This document shows positions 27,285 through 34,032 of a stretch of DNA of 34,032 nucleotides, in pieces (position 1 is the first letter of the stretch; each line of letters begins with the position of its first letter). Under the pieces are notes generated by a model. That model searched no databases, was not told the DNA's origin, and was given only the letters and a program-made list of their open reading frames with translations. The stretch comes from Pseudomonadota bacterium (lineage in GTDB: Bacteria > Pseudomonadota > Alphaproteobacteria > TMED2). The DNA is taken from contig JBCCBF010000001.1 in NCBI GenBank assembly GCA_039814445.1, forward strand, positions 1 to 34,032, read 5' to 3'. Made by a program: the position numbers and the translations under genes.

Positions 27285-28241
27285 ATGAACGACTACCTCA
27301 AAAAACTTGGTAAAAAGAGCCTGAGCACCTTTTGGGAGCTGGCCAAGATCATGGTGCCAGTGATGGTGCTGGTGCGTGTGGGCGAGGAATTTGGCCTGAC
27401 CGATATGCTTGGCGAGTTGCTGGTGCCCGTGGTCGGTCTTGTGGGTTTACCGGCTGAGGCGGGGCTAGTCTGGGCGATCACGTTGCTCACCGGCACCTAT
27501 GGCGGGATGGCGGCCTATCTCAGCCTCATGCCGGGCATGGAGATGAGCGTCGCCCAACACTCGATCCTGTGCGCCATGATGCTGATTGCCCATGCGATCC
27601 CGGTGGAGGCTGCGATCATCCAGCGGGCCGGGGCCAACTTCTTGATCACCAGCCTGATCCGTATCTTCGGTGCCCTGCTGTTTGGCTTTATCACCTGGCA
27701 GCTGTGCCAGGCCACCGGCTGGTTGCAAGAACCCCTGGAACTGCTTTGGGCTCCTGATTTGGGCGGTGAGACCGGCTGGGCCGATTGGGCGATGGCCACC
27801 GCGCAATCCATGGGCACGATCTTGGCGATTATTCTGGTGCTGTTCGTGGTGCTCGACGGGTTGGAGAAAATCGGCGTGATCCGGTGGTTTACCCGGGCAC
27901 TCGAACCCTTGCTCAAAATCATTGGCATCGACCCGCGGCTCGCCCCCGCCACCACCATCGGCCTGCTGCTGGGTATTACCTATGGCGGCGGGTTGCTGAT
28001 CCAGGCCGCCAATGAGCACCCGGTGGGGCCGAAGGCGAAACTCCTGGCCCTATCGCTGCTGTCCCTGTCCCACGGGATTGTGGAGGACACCTTGTTCTTC
28101 CTGGCCTTTGGGGCGGATATCTGGGTGATCCTGGTGGGGCGCGTGGCCTTCACGCTGGTGTTTATTGTCATCATGGCCTGGCTGTTACGCATCTGGCCCA
28201 GCGGTGAGGCTCAAGCGGTGCCGAACCAGTCCCTACCATGA
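27285..28241 (+). CDS. Nucleoside-recognition (Gate) domain membrane protein, FeoB-permease-like, paralog 1
   Basis: 318-aa polytopic protein. GLVGLPAEAGLVWAITLLTG and IGIDPRLAPATTIGLLLG look like the two Gate motifs of FeoB-type permeases. There is no GTPase domain. The conserved His/Cys segment is VAQHSILCAMMLIAHAIPVE. Confidence 0.7.
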   Translation: MNDYLKKLGKKSLSTFWELAKIMVPVMVLVRVGEEFGLTDMLGELLVPVVGLVGLPAEAGLVWAITLLTGTYGGMAAYLSLMPGMEMSVAQHSILCAMMLIAHAIPVEAAIIQRAGANFLITSLIRIFGALLFGFITWQLCQATGWLQEPLELLWAPDLGGETGWADWAMATAQSMGTILAIILVLFVVLDGLEKIGVIRWFTRALEPLLKIIGIDPRLAPATTIGLLLGITYGGGLLIQAANEHPVGPKAKLLALSLLSLSHGIVEDTLFFLAFGADIWVILVGRVAFTLVFIVIMAWLLRIWPSGEAQAVPNQSLP

Positions 28242-29203
28242 CGCTTCTGCCAACAACGAAAACCGCCAAAGAGTACAGCCAAAAGCTCGGCCGCAAAGTG
28301 CTCAGCACCTTTTGGGAGCTGGTCAAGATCATGGTGCCGGTGATGATCGCCGTCCGCGTGGCTGACCAGCTGGGCCTAACCGATTGGCTGGGCCTGGCCC
28401 TGGGCCCGGTGATGGCCTGGATCGGACTGCCAGCCGAGGCGGGGCTGGTCTGGGGCATTACCCTGTTGATCGGCGTTTATGGCGGTCTGGGGGCTTACTT
28501 TATCCTACTTCCCGATATTGATATTTCGGTCGCCCAGCACTCGATCCTCTGCACCATGATGCTAATGGCCCATTTCATCCCCGTGGAACAAGCCATGGTG
28601 GCCCGCGCCGGGGCTGGGTTTTGGATCACCAGCGCCGTGCGGGTGGGCACAGCACTTCTCTTCGCCCTCATCCTGGGCGCTATCACCCAAGCCACAGGCT
28701 GGCTCGGCGACCCGCTTATCTTGGCCTGGACGCCCGATATTGGAGCCGATACTGGCTGGGTCGATTGGGCCATGGGTATCGGCTGGTCGCTGGCCACCAT
28801 CCTGGTCATCTTCTTCGCCCTGTTTATCGCCTTGGACATACTGGAACGCCTGGGCGTGATCGGCCTGTTTAGCCGGGCACTAGAACCCGTGCTGCGGGTG
28901 ATCGGCATCGACCGACGCTTGGCGCCCATGAGCACCGTGGGCCTGCTGCTCGGCCTGATCTATTGCACCGGCATGATGATCCAAGCCAGCCGCGAGCATG
29001 ATTTCAGCCCGCGCGCCAAATTACTGGCCCTATCGCTGATTTCCTTCTGCCACGGCCTGGTCGAAGGCACGTTGCTGTTCCTCGCCCTGGGCGCTGATAT
29101 ATGGATTGTGCTGGTGGCGCGGCTGATCTTCACCTTCGCCTTCATGGCGATCATGGCCAAGCTCGTCAGCCATTGGCCGACCCCAAAGATGCGCCCGGCA
29201 TAG
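28238..29203 (+). CDS. Nucleoside-recognition (Gate) domain membrane protein, FeoB-permease-like, paralog 2
   Basis: 321 aa, roughly 55-60% identical by eye to 27285-28241 (LSTFWEL.KIMVPVM, GLPAEAGLVW, VAQHSILC.MML.AH.IPVE, KLLALSL). An ATGA start/stop overlap with paralog 1 lies at 28238-28241. Confidence 0.7.
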   Translation: MTLLPTTKTAKEYSQKLGRKVLSTFWELVKIMVPVMIAVRVADQLGLTDWLGLALGPVMAWIGLPAEAGLVWGITLLIGVYGGLGAYFILLPDIDISVAQHSILCTMMLMAHFIPVEQAMVARAGAGFWITSAVRVGTALLFALILGAITQATGWLGDPLILAWTPDIGADTGWVDWAMGIGWSLATILVIFFALFIALDILERLGVIGLFSRALEPVLRVIGIDRRLAPMSTVGLLLGLIYCTGMMIQASREHDFSPRAKLLALSLISFCHGLVEGTLLFLALGADIWIVLVARLIFTFAFMAIMAKLVSHWPTPKMRPA

Positions 29204-29317
29204 TCGCGGGTCACCCAAGAGCGATTGCCTCAGCCATCCCCCTTATTCACGCAGTTCACAGGAGCGCTCTGGGTTTGCGGGTCACAAAACCGATGACTTT
29301 AGAACGATTTTAAGCTA

Positions 29318-29338
29318 ACAGATATTATATCATAACGA
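29318..29338. promoter_or_regulatory. Candidate Zur box / AT-rich operator upstream of the COG0523 GTPase gene
   Basis: Contains the 11-nt palindrome GATATTATATC (29321-29331). The minus strand of 29323-29337 reads CGTTATGATATAATA, matching 12/15 positions of the generic Zur core TGTTATAATATAACA as I recall it. It lies 22-41 nt upstream of ATG 29359. This is the only strongly AT-rich patch in the intergenic region. Confidence 0.35.
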
Positions 29339-29358
29339 TCGATAAATGGGTCTTGTTG

Positions 29359-30579
29359 ATGACAGACACACGCCTACCCGTGACCGTGCTTTCCGGCTTT
29401 CTTGGTGCTGGTAAAACCACCCTCATGAACCACATCCTCAACAACCGCGAAGGCCTGCGGGTTGCGGTGATTGTGAATGACATGAGCGAGGTCAACATTG
29501 ATGCGAACTTGATCAAAGAAGGCGGCGCTAATCTGTCCCGGACCGAAGAGACCTTGGTCGAGATGTCCAATGGCTGTATCTGCTGCACCTTGCGCGATGA
29601 CTTGTTGGCCGAGGTCTTCCGCCTGGCTGAGGAAAAGCGGTTTGATTACCTGCTGATCGAGAGCACCGGGATCTCAGAGCCGCTGCCCGTCGCCACCACC
29701 TTTGATTTCCGCGACGAAGACGGTCGCAGCCTGGCCGATGTGTCCCTTCTCGACACCATGGTCACGGTGGTCGATGCAGTGAACTTGCTCAAAGACTATG
29801 ATTCCACTGATTTCCTCGCCGATCGCGGCGAAGATTTAGGCGATGATGACGACCGAACCTTGGTCGATCTTTTGGTCGAGCAAATCGAATTCGCCGATGT
29901 GGTCATTCTCAATAAAATCGACACGGCAACACCAGAACAGCACGACGCCGCGCAAAAAATTATTGCGTCCCTCAACCCGACGGCCAAGCTAATCGAAACC
30001 AGCCAAAGCCGTGTTGATTTAAAAGAGGTACTGAACACCGGGCGCTTTGACCTAGAAAAAGCCCAGGAACACGCCCTGTGGTTCAAGGAACTCTATGGCC
30101 ATGAGGATCATGTGCCCGAGACCGAAGAATACGGCATTGGCAGTTTCGTTTACCGTGCCCGCCGTCCGTTTCACCCAAAAAAGTTCTTCGATTTCCTACA
30201 ACAGGAGCGGCCTGGCGTAATCAGGGCGAAAGGCTTGTTCTGGCTTGCCACCCGTGATGCTTTTGTTGGGGATTTAAGTTGGGCGGGCGCCGTGGTGCGC
30301 CACGAGCCCATGGGTTTCTGGTGGGCGGCTGTGCCCAAAAATCGCTGGCCCGATGATGAGGGCTGGCGCGAGGTGATCGGCAAATACTGGGATGATATTT
30401 ATGGTGATCGTCGCCAGGAACTCGTGTTCATCGGTGCGGGGCTCGATCAAGCCGCGATTACTCAAGCCTTGGATGAATGCCTGGTAGGTCGGGATGATGA
30501 TCTGGCGTTTGATCCCAAGGATTTCGCCGATCTGCAAGATCCCTTCCCACATTGGAGCCTGGGCCAACAAGCAGCATAA
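29359..30579 (+). CDS. zigA: COG0523-family (CobW/ZigA/YeiR-like) zinc metallochaperone GTPase
   Basis: From ATG 29359: [48 protein letters not shown]. It has the Walker A motif, the CxCC metal motif (NGCICCTL), [12 protein letters not shown] (G4) and a CobW C-terminal region. Subfamily naming is from memory of ZigA-like N-termini. Confidence 0.75.
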   Translation: MTDTRLPVTVLSGFLGAGKTTLMNHILNNREGLRVAVIVNDMSEVNIDANLIKEGGANLSRTEETLVEMSNGCICCTLRDDLLAEVFRLAEEKRFDYLLIESTGISEPLPVATTFDFRDEDGRSLADVSLLDTMVTVVDAVNLLKDYDSTDFLADRGEDLGDDDDRTLVDLLVEQIEFADVVILNKIDTATPEQHDAAQKIIASLNPTAKLIETSQSRVDLKEVLNTGRFDLEKAQEHALWFKELYGHEDHVPETEEYGIGSFVYRARRPFHPKKFFDFLQQERPGVIRAKGLFWLATRDAFVGDLSWAGAVVRHEPMGFWWAAVPKNRWPDDEGWREVIGKYWDDIYGDRRQELVFIGAGLDQAAITQALDECLVGRDDDLAFDPKDFADLQDPFPHWSLGQQAA

Positions 30580-30637
30580 CCTAGGCATGCAATGGGCGCT
30601 TCTATCGCCCAGCCCCTAGGCCCGCAGCGCCAATAGC

Positions 30638-31294
30638 TTAGGTCATCAAGGCTAAGCCCGCGCGAATTTCATCAAGGGCGATGTTCTTCTCAGCACTGCT
30701 GGCGATCACCACCGGATGGGCGGCGGGATGCTTGATGATGCGGTCGGTTGTTTCCTGGACCCGACGCTCAAGCTCACCTTTTTTGATCTTATCGATTTTG
30801 GTCAAAATCACCTGATAGGGCACAGCCGCCTCATCGAGAAGCTTTAGGATCTCCTCATCATTATCCTTGATGCCATGGCGGCTATCGATCAGCACACAGA
30901 CCCGGCGTAAGGGCACCCGCCCGCGCAGATAGGCCTTAAGCGTCTTGGTCCAAGCTTCGACCACCGGTTTTGAGACCTTGGCGTACCCATAGCCCGGCAT
31001 ATCCACCAGCCGCAGCTGCCCGCCCAAATCAAAGAAGTTGAGCGCCTGGGTCCGACCCGGGGTATTCGAGGTGCGGGCAATTGTCTTGCGGCCGGTCAAC
31101 GCATTGATCAGGCTGGATTTACCCACATTTGAACGCCCGGCAAAGGCCACCTCACCTACGGTTTCTGCTGGTAGCTGGTCAAGATTGACCACGCTGAGCA
31201 TAAAATCACACGGCCCGGCAAACAGCTTGCGCCCGGCTTCAACGGCGTGATCCTCTGCACCCGCGGTCAGGGATGGGGTGATGTCTTTCGCCAT
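30638..31294 (-). CDS. engB: Ribosome biogenesis GTP-binding protein YihA/YsxC (EngB)
   Basis: G1 [15 protein letters not shown]3 DMPGYGYA, G4 LTKIDK. I prefer ATG 31294 (MAKDITPS...) over the tracked TTG at 31315, which overlaps the upstream gene. Confidence 0.85.
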   Translation of the reverse strand: MAKDITPSLTAGAEDHAVEAGRKLFAGPCDFMLSVVNLDQLPAETVGEVAFAGRSNVGKSSLINALTGRKTIARTSNTPGRTQALNFFDLGGQLRLVDMPGYGYAKVSKPVVEAWTKTLKAYLRGRVPLRRVCVLIDSRHGIKDNDEEILKLLDEAAVPYQVILTKIDKIKKGELERRVQETTDRIIKHPAAHPVVIASSAEKNIALDEIRAGLALMT

Positions 31295-31304
31295 GGGTTC
31301 GCAA

Positions 31305-31838
31305 TCATTCCTCAAGCCACGCCATCACGGCGTCGCAGCAAGCCTGGGTTGTCATCGTAGTGGTATCGAGCACCAAATGATCGGCGTTCAGGGCATCTTT
31401 GGTCCAGGGCTCATACTCACGATTTTCCACATCCTGCCAGCTTGGCATCTGATGACCAGGAATATCAGCCACCCGGCGCTCAACACGGGCACGGTGTTGC
31501 GCCTTGTCCGAACAAATCAACGCCAGATTAAGCGTGCGTGCACCTGCGCGATCGCCCACAGCCTGCCAATCCTCGCGGGTCAGGGTGATCGGGTTCACGC
31601 TATCGGCGATCACCACCGAACCGGGGCGCAAATTATCCGCAGCAAGAGCGTAGGCCGCCAGATAGCCGGCATCTGACACCTGGTCGATCGCTGGGGTCGA
31701 CCGCATAAGCGCTTGCTCAATGGTATCAATCCGCAGGTAGCAGGCCTGGAGCCTGACCGCCAATACCTTGGCCAGGGTTGTTTTACCCGTCCCGGGCAGC
31801 CCGGCCATCACAATCAGCACCGGTACGGCGGTCGTCAT
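31305..31838 (-). CDS. Small P-loop kinase-like protein (AAA_33 / shikimate-gluconate-kinase-like fold), specificity unknown
   Basis: 177 aa with Walker [14 protein letters not shown] at the N-terminus and a later aspartate (IADSVNP). Its ATG (31836-31838) directly abuts the yidC stop codon (31839-31841). Confidence 0.6.
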   Translation of the reverse strand: MTTAVPVLIVMAGLPGTGKTTLAKVLAVRLQACYLRIDTIEQALMRSTPAIDQVSDAGYLAAYALAADNLRPGSVVIADSVNPITLTREDWQAVGDRAGARTLNLALICSDKAQHRARVERRVADIPGHQMPSWQDVENREYEPWTKDALNADHLVLDTTTMTTQACCDAVMAWLEE

Positions 31839-33653
31839 TTATTTTGCCTTCTCAGGCTCATCCTTGCCGAACAGGGAGATCTTCACCCCCATGCGGGTCA
31901 TGATCACCGATTGCTGGATGATCGATAACAGGTTGTTCCACGTCCAATAGATCACCAAACCAGCCGGGAAGGTGGCGAGCAAGAAGGTGAAAATCACCGG
32001 CATGAACATAAACACTTTGGCCGGGATCGGGTCGGGCGGGGTCGGGTTCAAGCGCATTTGAATGAACATGGTAATGCCCATCAACACCGGCCAAGCACCA
32101 ATGGCCAGGAAGGTTGGCCCGTCAAACGGTAAAGCACCAAACAGGTTCCACAGGCTAGTGGGGTCAGGAACCGAGAGATCCTGGATCCAGCCATAAAACG
32201 GCGCATGGCGCATCTCAATCGACACAAACAGCACCTTATACAGGGCGAAGAACACCGGGATTTGGATCAAGATCGGTAAGCAGCCCGACAGCGGGTTTAC
32301 CCCCTCTTCCTTATAAAGCTTCATCATCTCCTGCTGTAAGCGCACCTTGTCATCGGCGTATTTCTCACGCAGCTCTAACAAGCGCGGCTGTATCTTCCGT
32401 AACGCGCTCATGGATTTGTAGGATTTATTGGCGAGCGGGAAGAAGATCAGCTTGATCACCACGGTGAAAGCCAAAATCGCCAAACCGAAATTGCCCAGGA
32501 ACTCGAATAAGAACGCGAGCGCATAGAAGAAAGGCTTGGTCAGGAAATAAAACCAGCCGAAATCCACCGCCCGGTCAAACCGCGGGATGTTGTATTGCTC
32601 AGCATAACGATCGAGCAATTGCACTTCCTTGGCACCGGCAAAGATATAAGAGGTCAGGCTGGTTGTGCTGCCCGGCTCGATGGTACGGCCCTCATGGAGC
32701 AAATCGATCTGGTACTGATCCCGAGTGGTACGATACGTGAAGCGGCCAGTAATTTGGGCATTCGCTTCGGGCACAAGGCTCACTAGCCAGTATTTATCGG
32801 TGATCCCGATCCAGCCACCCGCGCTTTCGAACCGCTCATTGACCCGGCCCGCTTGTTCCACGGCGTCATCCCGCATTTGGTTGTAGCCAAACTCGGTCAA
32901 GGTCTCGTTAAAAACCCCAAGCGGGCCTTCATGCAGGATGAAAAACTCAGCGGCCGGCGGCACGTTGCGGCGTGACGCCAGCGAATACGGAAACAGGGTG
33001 ACGGCCTCATCGGTGGCGTTGATCACCGATTGCTCCACCGTGAACATGTAATGTTCGTCCAGGCTGATCACGCGCTGGAAGGTTAAGCCTGCGCCATTAT
33101 CCCATTGTAAGGTGACCGGCGCATCCACGGACAATTCAGCGTTATCGCCCACGACTTGCCAGGCGCTATCCTCCCCGGGGACTGCCGGGCCGTCGGCCTG
33201 GGCGATCCACCCCACATTGGCATAGTAGGGATATTCTGATCCCGCCGGGGACAGCAACGCGACCTCATCTTGACGTTCCACGGTGACGTAGTAATCACCC
33301 AAGGTCAGATCATCGAGACGCCCGCCTTGCAGGTTAATCGACCCATGCAAACGGTCGGTGTTGATCTTCACCCGGTCTGTGCTGTCAGCCAGCACATCGG
33401 CCCGATCACGGCCCAAGGTCATGCCATCGGCGATATCATCCGCAGGCGTATCGATGGCCGGTTGCGGCAAATCACTGTCACCTGGGCGCGTGATGCCTTG
33501 TTGTTCTTGCCGTCGTTCCTCTTGCGCTTGCCGCTCAAGCTCTGCCTGGGCCTGGATCGCGGCCAAGCGTGGGCGCTCATACAAATAGTGAAAGCCCAGA
33601 ATAACCAGCACTGATAACACCACCGCCATGATGATGTTGCGTTGATCATGCAT
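31839..33653 (-). CDS. yidC: Membrane protein insertase YidC
   Basis: N-terminal anchor MHDQRNIIMAVVLSVLVILGF, a large periplasmic domain, and a conserved C-terminal core (GCLPILIQIPVFFALYKVL, PAGLVIYWTWNNLLSIIQQ). The start could also be ATG 33671, six codons upstream. Confidence 0.88.
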   Translation of the reverse strand: MHDQRNIIMAVVLSVLVILGFHYLYERPRLAAIQAQAELERQAQEERRQEQQGITRPGDSDLPQPAIDTPADDIADGMTLGRDRADVLADSTDRVKINTDRLHGSINLQGGRLDDLTLGDYYVTVERQDEVALLSPAGSEYPYYANVGWIAQADGPAVPGEDSAWQVVGDNAELSVDAPVTLQWDNGAGLTFQRVISLDEHYMFTVEQSVINATDEAVTLFPYSLASRRNVPPAAEFFILHEGPLGVFNETLTEFGYNQMRDDAVEQAGRVNERFESAGGWIGITDKYWLVSLVPEANAQITGRFTYRTTRDQYQIDLLHEGRTIEPGSTTSLTSYIFAGAKEVQLLDRYAEQYNIPRFDRAVDFGWFYFLTKPFFYALAFLFEFLGNFGLAILAFTVVIKLIFFPLANKSYKSMSALRKIQPRLLELREKYADDKVRLQQEMMKLYKEEGVNPLSGCLPILIQIPVFFALYKVLFVSIEMRHAPFYGWIQDLSVPDPTSLWNLFGALPFDGPTFLAIGAWPVLMGITMFIQMRLNPTPPDPIPAKVFMFMPVIFTFLLATFPAGLVIYWTWNNLLSIIQQSVIMTRMGVKISLFGKDEPEKAK

Positions 33654-33675
33654 CTCGTGTCGCGGCCGCATGGGC

Positions 33676-33969
33676 TTAATCTTTCGCTATGGTATGGGAG
33701 GGGGAGTGATCGCAGCTGGGGCATGAACCCGGCACCGGATCGTAGCCATGGCCACCCCAGGGGTGACACCGGGCTAGGCGGCGGATCGTCAACCAACCAC
33801 CGCGCCACACCCCATGGGTGCGCAAAGCGTCGATGGCGTAAGTTGAACAGGTGGGCTGATACCGACAATTCGGCCCCAAGAACGGGGATATGCAGGCCTT
33901 ATAGACCCAAATCAAACCAATCGGCAGCGCGATCAAAACCCGCCGCACAAACGGTACGGGCGTATTCAC
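33676..33969 (-). CDS. yidD: Membrane protein insertion efficiency factor YidD
   Basis: [54 protein letters not shown]. The start is GTG at 33969. The same frame stays open upstream to the window edge, so the true start is not certain. Confidence 0.8.
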   Translation of the reverse strand: MNTPVPFVRRVLIALPIGLIWVYKACISPFLGPNCRYQPTCSTYAIDALRTHGVWRGGWLTIRRLARCHPWGGHGYDPVPGSCPSCDHSPSHTIAKD

Positions 33970-34032
33970 GCCATCCGGCGCGTGAGCCTGTGCGCCACCC
34001 GGCGCATGAACGTGTGCGCCATCCGGCGCGGG
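33966..34032 (-). CDS. 3-prime end of an upstream minus-strand ORF running off the window (position suggests rnpA, not verifiable)
   Basis: The frame reads ...[21 protein letters not shown] with its TGA (33966-33968) overlapping the yidD GTG, a GTGA coupling junction. The order rpmH-rnpA-yidD-yidC is conserved in bacteria, and RnpA is very basic. Only 21 codons are visible, and they lie inside a tandem repeat. Confidence 0.25.
   Translation of the reverse strand, partial: PRRMAHTFMRRVAHRLTRRMA
33970..34032. repeat. 24-nt tandem repeat, 2.6 copies, truncated by the window end
   Basis: Units are GCCATCCGGCGCGTGAGCCTGTGC (33970-33993), GCCACCCGGCGCATGAACGTGTGC (33994-34017; 20/24 identical) and GCCATCCGGCGCGGG (34018-34032, cut by the window edge). 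Confidence 0.8.

Noticed and set aside
27465-28019. Minus-strand ORFs of 184 aa and 147 aa antisense to Gate paralog 1, with similar shadows over paralog 2 at 28495-28935.
   Set aside because: The plus-strand frames encode coherent polytopic membrane proteins that are conserved between the two paralogs. The antisense frames are not conserved as proteins.
30594-30612. A hairpin TGGGCG-N7-CGCCCA between the convergent COG0523 and engB genes, as a possible bidirectional terminator.
   Set aside because: The stem is only 6 bp and there is no flanking T/A-run on either strand, so it is not convincing as an intrinsic terminator.
1-34032. A search by eye for tRNA, rRNA, tmRNA, riboswitch leaders, DnaA-box clusters, transposase or integrase genes and toxin-antitoxin-sized gene pairs.
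   Set aside because: Intergenic regions are short and none shows cloverleaf-like or known riboswitch core sequences. No ORF has recombinase or transposase motifs. The only non-coding RNA I can support is ffs.

Overview
This 34-kb window looks like a core chromosomal segment of an alphaproteobacterium. That placement is an inference from gene content and order: SRP RNA directly upstream of dnaX-ybaB-recR, a membrane-anchored CycM-like cytochrome c, monofunctional pheA, dapD-dapE, def-fmt-truA and yidD-yidC-engB. GC looks high-50s % by eye. I support 33 complete protein genes plus one partial ORF at the right edge, and one RNA gene absent from the ORF track (ffs, 4.5S/SRP RNA, about 10914-11016), which has its own terminator. 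The left end holds a yejABEF-type peptide ABC importer followed by a REP-like hairpin pair. I found no rRNA, tRNA, CRISPR array, transposase or integrase. The part most worth a second look is a 7.2-kb plus-strand block (23425-30637) interrupting a long minus-strand housekeeping run between argB and engB. It encodes a 938-aa leaderless RTX protein with a CSLREA/PMP-like beta-helix head and a roughly 200-residue hyper-glycine tract. Downstream are a YgeA-type amino-acid racemase and two tandem, translationally coupled FeoB-permease-like (Gate domain) membrane paralogs that lack any G domain. A COG0523 (ZigA-like) zinc-metallochaperone GTPase follows, preceded by a Zur-box-like AT-rich site. I propose, as a hypothesis only, that the Gate pair and the COG0523 GTPase form a metal-limitation module. 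Smaller oddities: a G9 homopolymer inside yejA; an A6 run plus out-of-frame TGA at the domain III/linker junction of dnaX; tandem paralogous membrane proteins coupled to dapE; an acidic tail on the cytochrome; and a 24-nt tandem repeat at the yidD 5-prime junction. All functional calls rest on motifs read by eye and remembered family features. No database search was run.
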